Below the pieces are notes generated by a model that did no database searches, was not told the origin of the DNA, and was given only the letters and a program-made list of their open reading frames with translations. 64,000 nt of DNA from a virus: the UHGV virus genome UHGV-0037395. One strand, given 5' to 3'. The position numbers and the translations under genes were made by a program. Below, one piece after another: positions 47,283-54,312 of this stretch (the first letter of the stretch is position 1; every line of letters starts with the position of its first letter).

Positions 47283-47801
47283 ATGAATGTTGATGAGCTA
47301 ACACAGCACCTCTTATCTAGGGGATTTGATGTAGATAAATATCATTGCTGGTTAAGTCCAGAAGGGTGGCTAACAGTCCCGTTGTATGACTTCTCTGGGA
47401 TGTTGAGAGGCTATCAGACTTATAATCCTTCTGCTCCAAAAGGGCATGGTAAGTGCCCCTTTGAAGCTAAATATTTTACCTATTCTACTACACAGTGTGT
47501 ATGGGGACTAGAAACTCTCAATGGAGATGAAAAAGTAGTATTGATTGCTGAATCTGTATTTAAGGCAGTTGCGTTACATAACGCTGGTTATCCAGCCCTG
47601 GCAATGCTGGGTTCTTCTCCAGGAAAAGCCTTATTAAAGCAACTGAAATTATTACCTTTTAAATTGGTAGCTGTCGGGGACAACGATCCTGCGGGTGAAA
47701 AATTTGCTAGAAAATTAAATGGATTTGTTTCTCCTGTAGATGTGGATGAGATGTCTACCGAAAACTTGAAAAATTTTCTTGCTATGAAGCTAAATTTCTA
47801 A
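47283..47801 (+). CDS. TOPRIM-domain protein
   Basis: LIAESVFKAVAL (Glu) and AVGDNDPAG (DxD) TOPRIM motifs. Start at MNVDEL after GAGAGGAACC. Confidence 0.55.
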   Translation: MNVDELTQHLLSRGFDVDKYHCWLSPEGWLTVPLYDFSGMLRGYQTYNPSAPKGHGKCPFEAKYFTYSTTQCVWGLETLNGDEKVVLIAESVFKAVALHNAGYPALAMLGSSPGKALLKQLKLLPFKLVAVGDNDPAGEKFARKLNGFVSPVDVDEMSTENLKNFLAMKLNF

Positions 47802-47807
47802 TATAAT
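47779..47807 (+). promoter_or_regulatory. early promoter (TTGCTA / 17 / TATAAT) embedded in the 3' end of the TOPRIM gene, heading a tRNA pair
   Basis: ttcTTGCTAtgaagctaaatttctaaTATAAT. Confidence 0.65.
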
Positions 47808-47822
47808 ATATCTTATAAATTC

Positions 47823-47911
47823 GGAAGAATAGCATAACGGTATTGCAGCAGATTGCTAATCTGTCGGTTTGAAATATAGCCTTGTGGGTTCGATTCCCAC
47901 TTCTTCCGCCA
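47823..47911 (+). tRNA. tRNA-Ser (anticodon GCT), class II
   Basis: Acceptor GGAAGAA/TTCTTCC, anticodon loop TTGCTAA, long variable arm, GTGGG TTCGATT CCCAC, CCA encoded. Confidence 0.75.
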
Positions 47912-47917
47912 GATTTT

Positions 47918-47995
47918 GGTTCTCAAGCTCATATGGTATGAGCACCCGGCTCATAACCGGAAGGTACGTAGGTTCGAATCCTCGGGGAGCCACCA
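47918..47995 (+). tRNA. tRNA-Met/Ile2-type (anticodon CAT)
   Basis: D-arm GCTC/GAGC, anticodon stem CCCGG/CCGG(A), loop CTCATAA, TTCGAAT loop, CCA. The T-stem pairs poorly, so the score would be modest. Confidence 0.5.
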
Positions 47996-48015
47996 ACTTA
48001 ATTAGGGGATTACAA

Positions 48016-48204
48016 GTGGATCTATATATAGTTTATGTTGTGTTTATCCAAGATAGAGAATACCCGGATGAATATAAAAAAGGATATAGATTAGCCAGAG
48101 CTACCTCTGAAGCCCAAGCTATGGATAAAGTGGCAGATTATATGATTACGGTAGAAAACGTACACTATATCGACTACCTTGAAGCCTCAAAAGTAATTGA
48201 CTAA
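48016..48204 (+). CDS. hypothetical small protein (GTG start)
   Basis: The longer ORF-track call overlaps two tRNAs. The shortest version starts at the GTG after AGGGGA. Confidence 0.3.
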   Translation: MDLYIVYVVFIQDREYPDEYKKGYRLARATSEAQAMDKVADYMITVENVHYIDYLEASKVID

Positions 48205-48213
48205 GGAGACTAT

Positions 48214-48399
48214 ATGTCTAAGTTTCAAGAACTCAAGCAAGAGCTAGAAGAATGTGCCTGCCCTGGGTGTAGGGGGATCGGTGAAAGTTCTGATGCAGAA
48301 GCAGGAGATACTTTTTGCAATATCTGGGTTTGCCCAAATTGCAAGGGTACAGGTATTAATCCTAGCTGTGCTATTTCTCTAGATATTGAAAGAGGATAA
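48214..48399 (+). CDS. small zinc-ribbon protein
   Basis: CPGC...CPNC paired CxxC motifs. 61 aa. Confidence 0.45.
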   Translation: MSKFQELKQELEECACPGCRGIGESSDAEAGDTFCNIWVCPNCKGTGINPSCAISLDIERG

Positions 48400-48500
48400 T
48401 ACCTGTGAAACTAAAAGATTATTATATTGGTTGGTTTGTGGGACTAGTAGTAGGATTTTCACTAGGCTATAATATGTATCAACTAATAAACTGATTACAT

Positions 48501-48577
48501 GGGGGTGTAATCGAATTGGCATAGGTACTGGACTTAAAATTCAGGTTTTGTGGGTTCGAATCCCACCACCCCTACCA
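48501..48577 (+). tRNA. class-I tRNA with anticodon TAA (Leu-decoding by anticodon, but short variable arm)
   Basis: Acceptor GGGGGTG/CACCCCT, anticodon stem CTGGA/TTCAG, loop CTTAAAA, GTGGG TTCGAAT CCCAC, CCA encoded. Confidence 0.55.
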
Positions 48578-48752
48578 ACTTAAGGAAATAAGATGTATAG
48601 ACATCCACCTCCGCCAACACGTCGTTCTAGGGAAGTCATCCTTATGGAATTGACTAAAAACTTCAAGGCAACTCTTGAAGATAGAGATCTAGGCACGGAT
48701 GAAGACATTGATTTTATTTGTAGACTATTAAAGATGAAACTGGAGAAACAAC

Positions 48753-48959
48753 ATGGCTAATCCTGAAATTACCGCACAACGTTTCATGCTTAAAGGCATG
48801 ATTGCTGAGGCAGGTATGACTCAAGAGGTTGCAGACTTTCATAAGCAATTTCTTGATATTATAACTCTAGCTAAAGAGACAGGAGAAAGAGAACACGGAG
48901 CAGCAATTATGGCTATATCTCTTATTAGCCTAGACTTAGCTGAAGAATCTGGAGTTTAG
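48753..48959 (+). CDS. hypothetical protein
   Basis: 68-aa ORF. Confidence 0.4.
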   Translation: MANPEITAQRFMLKGMIAEAGMTQEVADFHKQFLDIITLAKETGEREHGAAIMAISLISLDLAEESGV

Positions 48960-48990
48960 CTCCTCCAAACAGAATTTTTAAAAATGTACT

Positions 48991-49020
48991 TGCCTTTTGC
49001 TTTAAATTTCTGGTATAATA
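48991..49020 (+). promoter_or_regulatory. early promoter (TTGCCT / 18 / TATAAT)
   Basis: tacTTGCCTtttgctttaaatttctggTATAAT. Confidence 0.65.
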
Positions 49021-49049
49021 GTTATATAAATTGATGAAGGAGTTAACGA

Positions 49050-49325
49050 ATGCAAAATCGTGTTATAGCAACTGGTATTGAAAGTGCAATCTGTAAATCC
49101 TGGGAAGGCTGGGAAGGTGAGATTGAATGGCTTTATTTCTACGATGTAGAACTTCTGCCGGAAGTTAAAGCTAAATGTGTTGAAGCTGGCATGGCTCCAG
49201 ATGCAAAAGCTGATATTGATATTTCAATGTCTGAACTTAAAGGTCGTGTAATTACTGTTAGTGATGAGGGCGAAGAAGTTTTCGAACTTCCATTCTCCTT
49301 AACTGTCGCTCCTAAGTTCGACTAA
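49050..49325 (+). CDS. hypothetical protein
   Basis: 91-aa ORF. SD AAGGAG. Confidence 0.45.
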   Translation: MQNRVIATGIESAICKSWEGWEGEIEWLYFYDVELLPEVKAKCVEAGMAPDAKADIDISMSELKGRVITVSDEGEEVFELPFSLTVAPKFD

Positions 49326-49361
49326 CTAATACAGCACTGAGCAAGTTCTTTAAAATTTGAC

Positions 49362-49390
49362 TTGCTCAGTGCCATAAAACTTGATATAAT
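49362..49390 (+). promoter_or_regulatory. early promoter (TTGCTC / 17 / TATAAT) heading a tRNA cluster
   Basis: tttgacTTGCTCagtgccataaaacttgaTATAAT. Confidence 0.7.
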
Positions 49391-49453
49391 AGTTATCTAA
49401 TTTGGAAACATATCTAAAAGTGTTTAAACTAGTATTTGAATACTTTTAAATAT

Positions 49454-49544
49454 GTTGGATTAGTATCGTAGAGGTAGCGAAGCAGACTGTAAATCTGCCG
49501 ACTCGGAAGGGTCTCGGGTGGTTCGACTCCATCATCCAACACCA
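49454..49544 (+). tRNA. tRNA-Tyr (anticodon GTA), class II
   Basis: Perfect acceptor GTTGGAT/ATCCAAC, loop CTGTAAA, long variable arm, CCA encoded. Confidence 0.75.
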
Positions 49545-49551
49545 AATTTAA

Positions 49552-49628
49552 GTCCTGTTAGACAAACTGGTAAAGTCACTACCCTTTCAAGGTAGGATTT
49601 GCGGGTTCGATCCCCGCACAGGACGCCA
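49552..49628 (+). tRNA. tRNA-Glu (anticodon TTC)
   Basis: Acceptor GTCCTGT/ACAGGAC, anticodon stem CTACC/GGTAG, loop CTTTCAA, GCGGG TTCGATC CCCGC, CCA. Confidence 0.75.
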
Positions 49629-49636
49629 ATTTCTGC

Positions 49637-49713
49637 ATTCCTAGAGTGTTACTGGACAGCATGTCGGTCTCCAAAACCGTACGGTCTAGGTTCGAGTCCT
49701 AGTAGGTTTGCCA
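49637..49713 (+). tRNA. possible tRNA-Trp (anticodon CCA) with weak acceptor and D stems
   Basis: Perfect T-arm CTAGG TTCGAGT CCTAG, anticodon loop CTCCAAA, CCA end. The acceptor has two U-U pairs. Confidence 0.4.
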
Positions 49714-49719
49714 AAATTT

Positions 49720-49794
49720 GCACCTTTAGCTGAGATGGATTAGCGCTTGCCTGAAGAGCTTGAGAGGTTCGTTCGATACGAACAGGGTGCACCA
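49720..49794 (+). tRNA. tRNA-Phe (anticodon GAA) with mismatched anticodon stem
   Basis: Acceptor GCACCTT/AGGGTGC, D-stem GCTG/TAGC, loop CTGAAGA, GTTCG TTCGATA CGAAC, CCA. Confidence 0.55.
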
Positions 49795-49796
49795 AA

Positions 49797-50084
49797 TTGA
49801 GGGAGCTGCTGATGCATCCTGAAAACTTCTTTATTTACTGCGCGGATAAGTCGCTGAAACGTAGAATTAACAAAGTCTATCATTATCGTGCTAGTCAACA
49901 GCCTTATGTATACGCTTTTGACGGTGATCACATCCCATTAGAACAACTATCTTGTGATTACATGATATTGAAGAACTTTGACGAGACAAAGATCTCAAGC
50001 GTTCATAATCGACAGAATCCCTTAACGTGGAAATATAAGAAGAAAAAGAAAGGCATCAAATTCTTAAAAAATGTAGTTGCTTAG
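49797..50084 (+). CDS. hypothetical protein
   Basis: 95-aa ORF starting right after the tRNA. Confidence 0.4.
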   Translation: MRELLMHPENFFIYCADKSLKRRINKVYHYRASQQPYVYAFDGDHIPLEQLSCDYMILKNFDETKISSVHNRQNPLTWKYKKKKKGIKFLKNVVA

Positions 50085-50104
50085 TTTCCAAAAGTTCTGT
50101 ATAA
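50076..50104 (+). promoter_or_regulatory. early promoter (TTGCTT / 17 / TATAAT)
   Basis: gtagTTGCTTagtttccaaaagttctgTATAAT. Confidence 0.7.
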
Positions 50105-50133
50105 TAATTACATAAATTGAACTGGAGAAGCAA

Positions 50134-50325
50134 ATGAAACGATTAGTTAGATTTAAGTGTTGTGGTTCTGAACATATTTTCACACATCTTCGTGAATTTA
50201 AAATGTGTGATTGTGGTAAATCAGGCTATGACTCAGGAGATGGGTTCTACATCCGTACTCTAGGGAACTTCAATGATCTAGAATTTGAAGATCTCGAAAA
50301 ACAATATAAACCGACCGTTGGCTGA
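50134..50325 (+). CDS. small Cys-rich protein (zinc-binding)
   Basis: CCGSEH...CDCG motif. Its last 14 nt overlap the tRNA-Cys 5' end. Confidence 0.4.
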   Translation: MKRLVRFKCCGSEHIFTHLREFKMCDCGKSGYDSGDGFYIRTLGNFNDLEFEDLEKQYKPTVG

Positions 50326-50387
50326 ATGGCTTAGGCGAAGGATTGCAAATCCTTTTTATGTGAGTTCAAATCTCATGCGGTCGTCCA
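50312..50387 (+). tRNA. tRNA-Cys (anticodon GCA)
   Basis: Acceptor CGACCGT/GCGGTCG, perfect anticodon stem AAGGA/TCCTT, loop TTGCAAA, U73 discriminator, CCA. Confidence 0.75.
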
Positions 50388-50388
50388 A

Positions 50389-50529
50389 TTTGCTGAAAGA
50401 ATTGTTAAATCAATTCAGGCACGCGTAGGAACACTGTCTCCGTAATTGAAAGATGAGGCACGGTTTGGAGAGGTATGCCGCTACACGCTACGGTGCTAAC
50501 TCCGTCTAGGTGAAAATCCTAGTCAGCAA
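50389..50529 (+). ncRNA. ~140-nt tRNA-like RNA: T-arm and CCA-less acceptor helix closed by a perfect 7-bp long-range stem
   Basis: TTGCTGA (50389-95) pairs perfectly with TCAGCAA (50522-28). Internal CTAGG TGAAAAT CCTAG hairpin. Confidence 0.3.
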
Positions 50530-50539
50530 TACAAATTCA

Positions 50540-50622
50540 GGGTCGTTAGCCAAGCGGTTTGGCGGTGGACTGTTAATCCATGTCGAAAGACAACGTAGGT
50601 TCGAATCCTACACGGCCCGCCA
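50540..50622 (+). tRNA. class-II-length tRNA, anticodon probably GTT (unusual for a long-arm tRNA)
   Basis: Acceptor GGGTCGT/ACGGCCC, D-stem GCCA/TGGC, stem GTGGA/TCCAT with loop CTGTTAA, 13-nt variable arm, CCA. Confidence 0.5.
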
Positions 50623-50724
50623 AATTCTGTGTAGAGTTAAGTAAACCGGTAGCCAACCAGCTATCATTGCTGACATCGAATTCAGCCACAGATACCATTT
50701 TCATTAATAACTGAGGAAACAAGC

Positions 50725-50910
50725 ATGTCCAAGAATGTAATTGCGCAGCTAGAAGTTCATCGTGATAGCACTCTCAACAATATTGAAGTTGAGAAGAAAT
50801 ACATCGAAGAACTTAAACATGATATACTAGTAAGTCTCAATCGTCTTAATGTACGAAAAGAGTTTCTTAAAGAACTTAATGCAGCTATTGAAAAACTCAA
50901 AGCTGAATAA
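50725..50910 (+). CDS. hypothetical coiled-coil protein
   Basis: 61-aa ORF. Confidence 0.4.
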   Translation: MSKNVIAQLEVHRDSTLNNIEVEKKYIEELKHDILVSLNRLNVRKEFLKELNAAIEKLKAE

Positions 50911-50919
50911 ATGAATTAT

Positions 50920-50996
50920 GCGACCGGGGCTGGCTTGGTAATGGTACTCCCCTGTCACGGGAGGGAATGTGGGTTCAAATCCCATCGGTCGCGCCA
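50920..50996 (+). tRNA. tRNA-Asp (anticodon GTC)
   Basis: Perfect acceptor GCGACCG/CGGTCGC, stem CTCCC/GGGAG, loop CTGTCAC, CCA. Confidence 0.75.
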
Positions 50997-51072
50997 ATTT
51001 TTGCAGGACGCTGGTATAGATAACCACCGCGTGGGAAGTATCTATATTTAGAGCACTGCAAAGCATAATAAT

Positions 51073-51148
51073 ACATCCATAGCTCAATGGTTAGAGCTAC
51101 CGCCTCTTAAGCGGAGGGTTCTAGGTTCAAGTCCTAGTGGGTGTACCA
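51073..51148 (+). tRNA. tRNA-Lys-like (anticodon CTT)
   Basis: Acceptor ACATCCA/TGGGTGT, D-arm GCTC AATGGTTAG AGC, loop CTCTTAA, CTAGG TTCAAGT CCTAG, CCA. Confidence 0.6.
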
Positions 51149-51149
51149 A

Positions 51150-51600
51150 ATTTAAAGAGTAAAGGCTACAGTAGGTGCACCCTTACGGACTGCTACACCG
51201 GACTCTTTAAACAAAATTTCAGTGCAGAACACGGAGCTAGCAATTCGGAAGTGCTGACTCATGATAAGCTGCCTATGTACTTGCAAAGCGGTCGTGTCCA
51301 AGACTCGGACTCTTGCACTGAAAACAATCAAACATTCTAGCGTGGTTGATGGGGAAACCAGCTTGGCTAGGGCAGAAGCTCGTTCGATTCGAGTGAAAGA
51401 ATGGTTCTCGTAAGTCCGCACAAGTGATAGCAGGTTCGAGTCCTGTCTAGAATGATACTATAAAGTTTACTTATTGAGTAGGTTCCGATAGATCGGCGGG
51501 TCTATTCTGGCAGTTAAGAGAGGTCTCGCAAACTTCTTTGTCAGCCGTGGGGTTGGTAGCCTCCAGGTGGCCTACACAATAAGTAAATTTATTAAAAATT
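51150..51600 (+). ncRNA. non-coding stretch with long-range helices and several degenerate tRNA-like minihelices
   Basis: Long-range inverted repeats AAAGAGT/ACTCTTT (51155-51210) and CAGTGCAG/CTTGCACTG (51215-51320). Three CCA-less T-arm-like hairpins: GCTCG TTCGATT CGAGT, GCAGG TTCGAGT CCTGT and TGG GTTGGTA GCC. Two overlapping ORF calls on opposite strands here are judged spurious. Confidence 0.35.
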
Positions 51601-51603
51601 CAT

Positions 51604-51632
51604 TTGCTATTTCGCTTAATTCTCGGTATAAT
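51604..51632 (+). promoter_or_regulatory. early promoter (TTGCTA / 17 / TATAAT)
   Basis: catTTGCTAtttcgcttaattctcggTATAAT. Confidence 0.75.
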
Positions 51633-51664
51633 ATATCTTATAAAGTGTTGAGAAGGAAAGCAAA

Positions 51665-51862
51665 ATGAAAAAAGTTTTACTGCTGTCTGTATTCCTACTT
51701 ACTGGTTGTTTTAAACTTGACTCAACCATTAATAAAGAGTATGAATTTGCTAAAAATTTCTGTGGCGGAGAGAGTAATATAAAGAATTTCTACATATATA
51801 GTACAATTCCTAGTACCGTTTATTGTGTAGACGGACGAATTATTAATATTCCTCCACAATAA
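51665..51862 (+). CDS. small lipoprotein (signal peptide plus LTGC lipobox)
   Basis: MKKVLLLSVFLLTGC. 65 aa. Confidence 0.5.
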   Translation: MKKVLLLSVFLLTGCFKLDSTINKEYEFAKNFCGGESNIKNFYIYSTIPSTVYCVDGRIINIPPQ

Positions 51863-51872
51863 AAGAATTAAC

Positions 51873-51948
51873 AGTGCGTAGCGCAGTTGGTAGCGTGGGA
51901 GCCTTGGATGCTTCGGGTCGCAGGTTCGAGTCCTGCCGCACTGACCAA
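51873..51948 (+). tRNA. tRNA-Pro (anticodon TGG)
   Basis: Acceptor CAGTGCG/CGCACTG, D-arm GCGC AGTTGGTA GCGT, stem GGAGC/GCTTC, loop CTTGGAT, CCA. Confidence 0.75.
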
Positions 51949-51954
51949 ACAATT

Positions 51955-52032
51955 GCGGGTTAGATCTCTGGTAGAGATCGCTAGTCTCATAAGCTAGAAA
52001 GAGGTAGGTTCGATTCCTGCACCCGCTTCCAT
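51955..52032 (+). ncRNA. aberrant tRNA-like gene (6-bp D-hairpin, 9-nt anticodon loop TCTCATAAG, U-U at acceptor 1-72)
   Basis: T-arm GTAGG TTCGATT CCTGC and a CCA end are present, but the anticodon arm cannot be folded canonically. Confidence 0.35.
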
Positions 52033-52051
52033 TTTAATAGAGGATTTCGAA

Positions 52052-52219
52052 ATGAAAGTATTTCGATTAGTAGTAAGTGACAAACGTTTAGGTAAGAATA
52101 CCTCAAAATCCTTACTTGCTCATTATGGAAAAGATGAGAAAGAAGTAATGGTAGAATTTAATACTAATCACCCTTACTTGAAAGTTCACTCTATTAAAGA
52201 AGTATATAATGGTTACTAA
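52052..52219 (+). CDS. small hypothetical protein (55 aa)
   Basis: ATG after GGATTTCGAA, between two tRNA-type genes. Below the ORF-track cutoff. Confidence 0.3.
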   Translation: MKVFRLVVSDKRLGKNTSKSLLAHYGKDEKEVMVEFNTNHPYLKVHSIKEVYNGY

Positions 52220-52220
52220 T

Positions 52221-52299
52221 AGATCGCTAGCTCAATAGGTTTAGTAGCATCCGACTTTTAATCGGAAGGTTCTGGGTTCGAGTCCCAGGCGATCTACCA
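52221..52299 (+). tRNA. tRNA-Lys (anticodon TTT)
   Basis: Perfect acceptor AGATCGC/GCGATCT, stem TCCGA/TCGGA, loop CTTTTAA, CTGGG TTCGAGT CCCAG, CCA. Confidence 0.75.
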
Positions 52300-52317
52300 A
52301 TTTCAAGAAAAACGCAG

Positions 52318-52346
52318 TTGCTTGATGCTTAATTTCTTGTTATAAT
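52318..52346 (+). promoter_or_regulatory. early promoter (TTGCTT / 17 / TATAAT)
   Basis: cagTTGCTTgatgcttaatttcttgtTATAAT. Confidence 0.75.
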
Positions 52347-52391
52347 ATTTATATAAATTGATGAGGAGAAATCCTCATCATATTTCACTAA

Positions 52392-52563
52392 GGTATTAGC
52401 TCGACCTAGGACTGGCTGCCAAAAAGCACGATCCCTACGATTCGGGAGAAGTTCTAGATTGGTCCACTAGATTCAGCGGCAACTGAATAGTGTATCGGGT
52501 TTGCGAGATTACGCAGTTCCTTCCGCTCGAAGCGAAGGTGCTGTAGTTACGCCGAGCTAATAG
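52392..52563 (+). ncRNA. ~170-nt structured non-coding RNA closed by an 8-bp long-range stem
   Basis: TTAGCTCG (52396-52403) pairs with CGAGCTAA (52551-52558). Internal hairpins include TCTAG...CTAGA and CCTTCCGC TCGAA GCGAAGG. Sits between a promoter and tRNA-Ala. Confidence 0.4.
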
Positions 52564-52584
52564 CCTTAGTAAACTAAAGAATTT

Positions 52585-52659
52585 GGGCGAATAGTGTCAG
52601 TGGGAGCACACCAGACTTGCAATCTGGTAGGGAGGGTTCGAGTCCCTCTTTGTCCACCA
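52585..52659 (+). tRNA. tRNA-Ala (anticodon TGC)
   Basis: Acceptor GGGCGAA/TTTGTCC with G3-U70, stem CCAGA/TCTGG, loop CTTGCAA, GAGGG TTCGAGT CCCTC, CCA. Confidence 0.75.
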
Positions 52660-52677
52660 AATTAAAGGGTATGTAGT

Positions 52678-53178
52678 ATGAAGGTAGCTAAAAATGGGAG
52701 AAAAGATAACTTAAATGAGTTAGAAATATTCCTCCACAATAACAAACTAGATGTAACCCCTAGTAATTACATGCAAATAGCTCTATGGTATAATGGGTAT
52801 ATAGTTAGAAAGGCCAATCCTAGTAAGGATAAGAAGTCAAATACATATCAAAAGAGACTAGAGCATAGCTATCAAAGATCCCTAAGAGTAGTACAGCTTT
52901 ATTGTTATATCAATAATATAAATAATAAGCTGGGATATATTTATATAATATCTAACCCAGCTTTTCCAGGCTGGTTTAAAGTAGGGGCAGCCAAAGATGC
53001 TGAAACTAGATTAAATACCTATCAAACATATTCCCCTTTTCGAGACTATGTATTAGAGTATTATAAACTAGTAGATAATTATGAACTCAAAGAAAAAGAA
53101 ATCCTAAGTTCTTTTTCATCTAGAAATAATGAGTGGGTTCATGCTCCACTTGAAGAAATAATTGCTTGCGTGGCGTAA
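52678..53178 (+). CDS. T5orf172-domain (GIY-YIG-like) protein
   Basis: GYIYIISNP...GWFKVGAAKDAETRLNTYQTYSP matches the T5orf172/MUG113 domain pattern. Its 3' end overlaps the tRNA-Leu 5' end. Confidence 0.6.
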   Translation: MKVAKNGRKDNLNELEIFLHNNKLDVTPSNYMQIALWYNGYIVRKANPSKDKKSNTYQKRLEHSYQRSLRVVQLYCYINNINNKLGYIYIISNPAFPGWFKVGAAKDAETRLNTYQTYSPFRDYVLEYYKLVDNYELKEKEILSSFSSRNNEWVHAPLEEIIACVA

Positions 53179-53246
53179 TTGGTAGACGCGCGATCCTTAG
53201 GAGTTCGTGTTAATTCGTGTGGGTTCGAGTCCCTCCGCAAGCACCA
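53164..53246 (+). tRNA. tRNA-Leu (anticodon TAG), class II
   Basis: Perfect acceptor GCTTGCG/CGCAAGC, D-arm GCGT AATTGGTAG ACGC, loop CTTAGGA, 13-nt variable arm, CCA. Confidence 0.7.
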
Positions 53247-53340
53247 AATTTGATGGTCATAGTAAATTAAACCTACTATCTCGGTTGAGCTGTTTTAATG
53301 GGTTCGAATCCCAGCGAGGCGTAACTGCCTGGTGTGATAG
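53247..53340 (+). ncRNA. tRNA-like minihelix (T-arm TGGG TTCGAAT CCCA flanked by a 4-bp CTCG/CGAG stem) without D or anticodon arms
   Basis: Direct reading of the sequence. No CCA. The ORF call over it is judged spurious. Confidence 0.3.
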
Positions 53341-53358
53341 AGGCATCATCTTATTATT

Positions 53359-53449
53359 GGAAGAGCAAATCGAATTGGCGACGAAAACCGCTTGGAAAGT
53401 GGCTGACTGGTAAAACGGCTTGAGAGTTCAAATCTCTCCTCTTCCGCCA
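53359..53449 (+). tRNA. tRNA-Ser (anticodon GGA), class II
   Basis: Perfect acceptor GGAAGAG/CTCTTCC, 3-bp D-stem, loop TTGGAAA, long variable arm, GAGAG TTCAAAT CTCTC, CCA. Confidence 0.65.
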
Positions 53450-53461
53450 AACAATTTATAT

Positions 53462-53556
53462 GGTAGGTCAATCCAATGGCTGGCGCTGGACTCCGACTTG
53501 AAATCGGTTGATCGTAGTGATACGGTGTAAGGGTTCGATCCCCTTACCTACCTCCA
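53462..53556 (+). tRNA. tRNA-Ser (anticodon TGA), class II
   Basis: Perfect acceptor GGTAGGT/ACCTACC, stem (T)CCGA/TCGG(T), loop CTTGAAA, long variable arm, AAGGG TTCGATC CCCTT, CCA. Confidence 0.65.
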
Positions 53557-53720
53557 AATCTTGAAGTATGCCGGAATCGGTAGACGGGGCTGCCTAAAAG
53601 GTTTACAGGGAACATCCACTCCCCGCAACATACCTCATAAAGCGGCTGAGATAAATGGTCTATCTCGTGAAGGTTCAAGTCCTTCTGCTTCTTGATACAT
53701 CTATGGCTCAAAGTGTAACG
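53557..53720 (+). ncRNA. non-coding stretch with a D-arm-like and a T-arm-like hairpin but no complete tRNA
   Basis: AGAT AAATGGTCT ATCT hairpin and GAAGG TTCAAGT CCTTC hairpin. No acceptor complement and no CCA. Confidence 0.3.
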
Positions 53721-53922
53721 GTGCTATTTGATGCTCTTAGTAAGACTTTCCCGACATGCGTTCGGGAGTAAGCTGCTAAGACTAGAGTAGAAGAGTTTCG
53801 GAGAGCCGCCACAAGTGAAAATTCGTACTCGTCTTGAGCTGCGTGTAATAGGAGATAACTTGATTAGTATTCTAGAACATGCTAATTGAGGAAGGTTTCG
53901 CTAACCCTGCGAGTTTTCAATT

Positions 53923-53999
53923 GTGGCTATATCATAATTGGTTAATGATCCTGATTGTGAATCAGGCCTATGTGGATTCGAATTCCACTAGCCACCCCA
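53923..53999 (+). tRNA. tRNA-His (anticodon GTG)
   Basis: Perfect acceptor GTGGCTA/TAGCCAC, D-arm TCAT AATTGGTTA ATGA, stem CCTGA/TCAGG, loop TTGTGAA, CCA. Confidence 0.75.
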
Positions 54000-54024
54000 A
54001 ATTAACTTAAATAGGAAATAAAAT

Positions 54025-54219
54025 ATGGCTGATTTCTGCAAACAATGCTCCATTGATATGTGGGGCAGAGATACTGGTGATCTTTCTGGTTTGATTACAG
54101 AAGCTGAAGTTAAAGAAGGCTATGGTGCTGTTGTGATTTGCGAGGGATGCGGAGTTATTCGAGTAGATCATGAAGGCAAACGTTTAGAAGAATCTGAGCC
54201 AACAACAATTTTTCCGTAG
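54025..54219 (+). CDS. small Cys-rich protein
   Basis: CKQC...CEGCG motifs. 64 aa. Confidence 0.4.
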   Translation: MADFCKQCSIDMWGRDTGDLSGLITEAEVKEGYGAVVICEGCGVIRVDHEGKRLEESEPTTIFP

Positions 54220-54230
54220 AATAAAATTAT

Positions 54231-54306
54231 TGGGATGTAGATCAATTGGCAGATCGTCGGTTTCTGACATCGAAGGTTCCTGGTTCGATCCCAGGTACTC
54301 CAGCCA
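54231..54306 (+). tRNA. tRNA-Gln (anticodon CTG)
   Basis: D-arm GATC AATTGGCA GATC, stem TCGGT/ATCGA, loop TTCTGAC, CCTGG TTCGATC CCAGG, CCA. One A-C pair in the acceptor. Confidence 0.7.
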
Positions 54307-54312
54307 AACAAT

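Noticed and set aside
47869-48015. Upstream part of the 111-aa ORF call covering tRNA-Ser/tRNA-Met.
   Set aside because: It overlaps two well-folded tRNA genes on the same strand. Only the segment after the second tRNA is retained, as a low-confidence small ORF.
51137-51421. Opposite-strand ORF calls (67 and 89 aa) in the 51150-51600 structured region.
   Set aside because: Mutually exclusive calls over a region full of tRNA-like hairpins. No RBS. More likely RNA.
53207-53413. 68-aa ORF between tRNA-Leu and tRNA-Ser.
   Set aside because: It spans a T-arm-like minihelix and the 5' part of tRNA-Ser(GGA). No SD.
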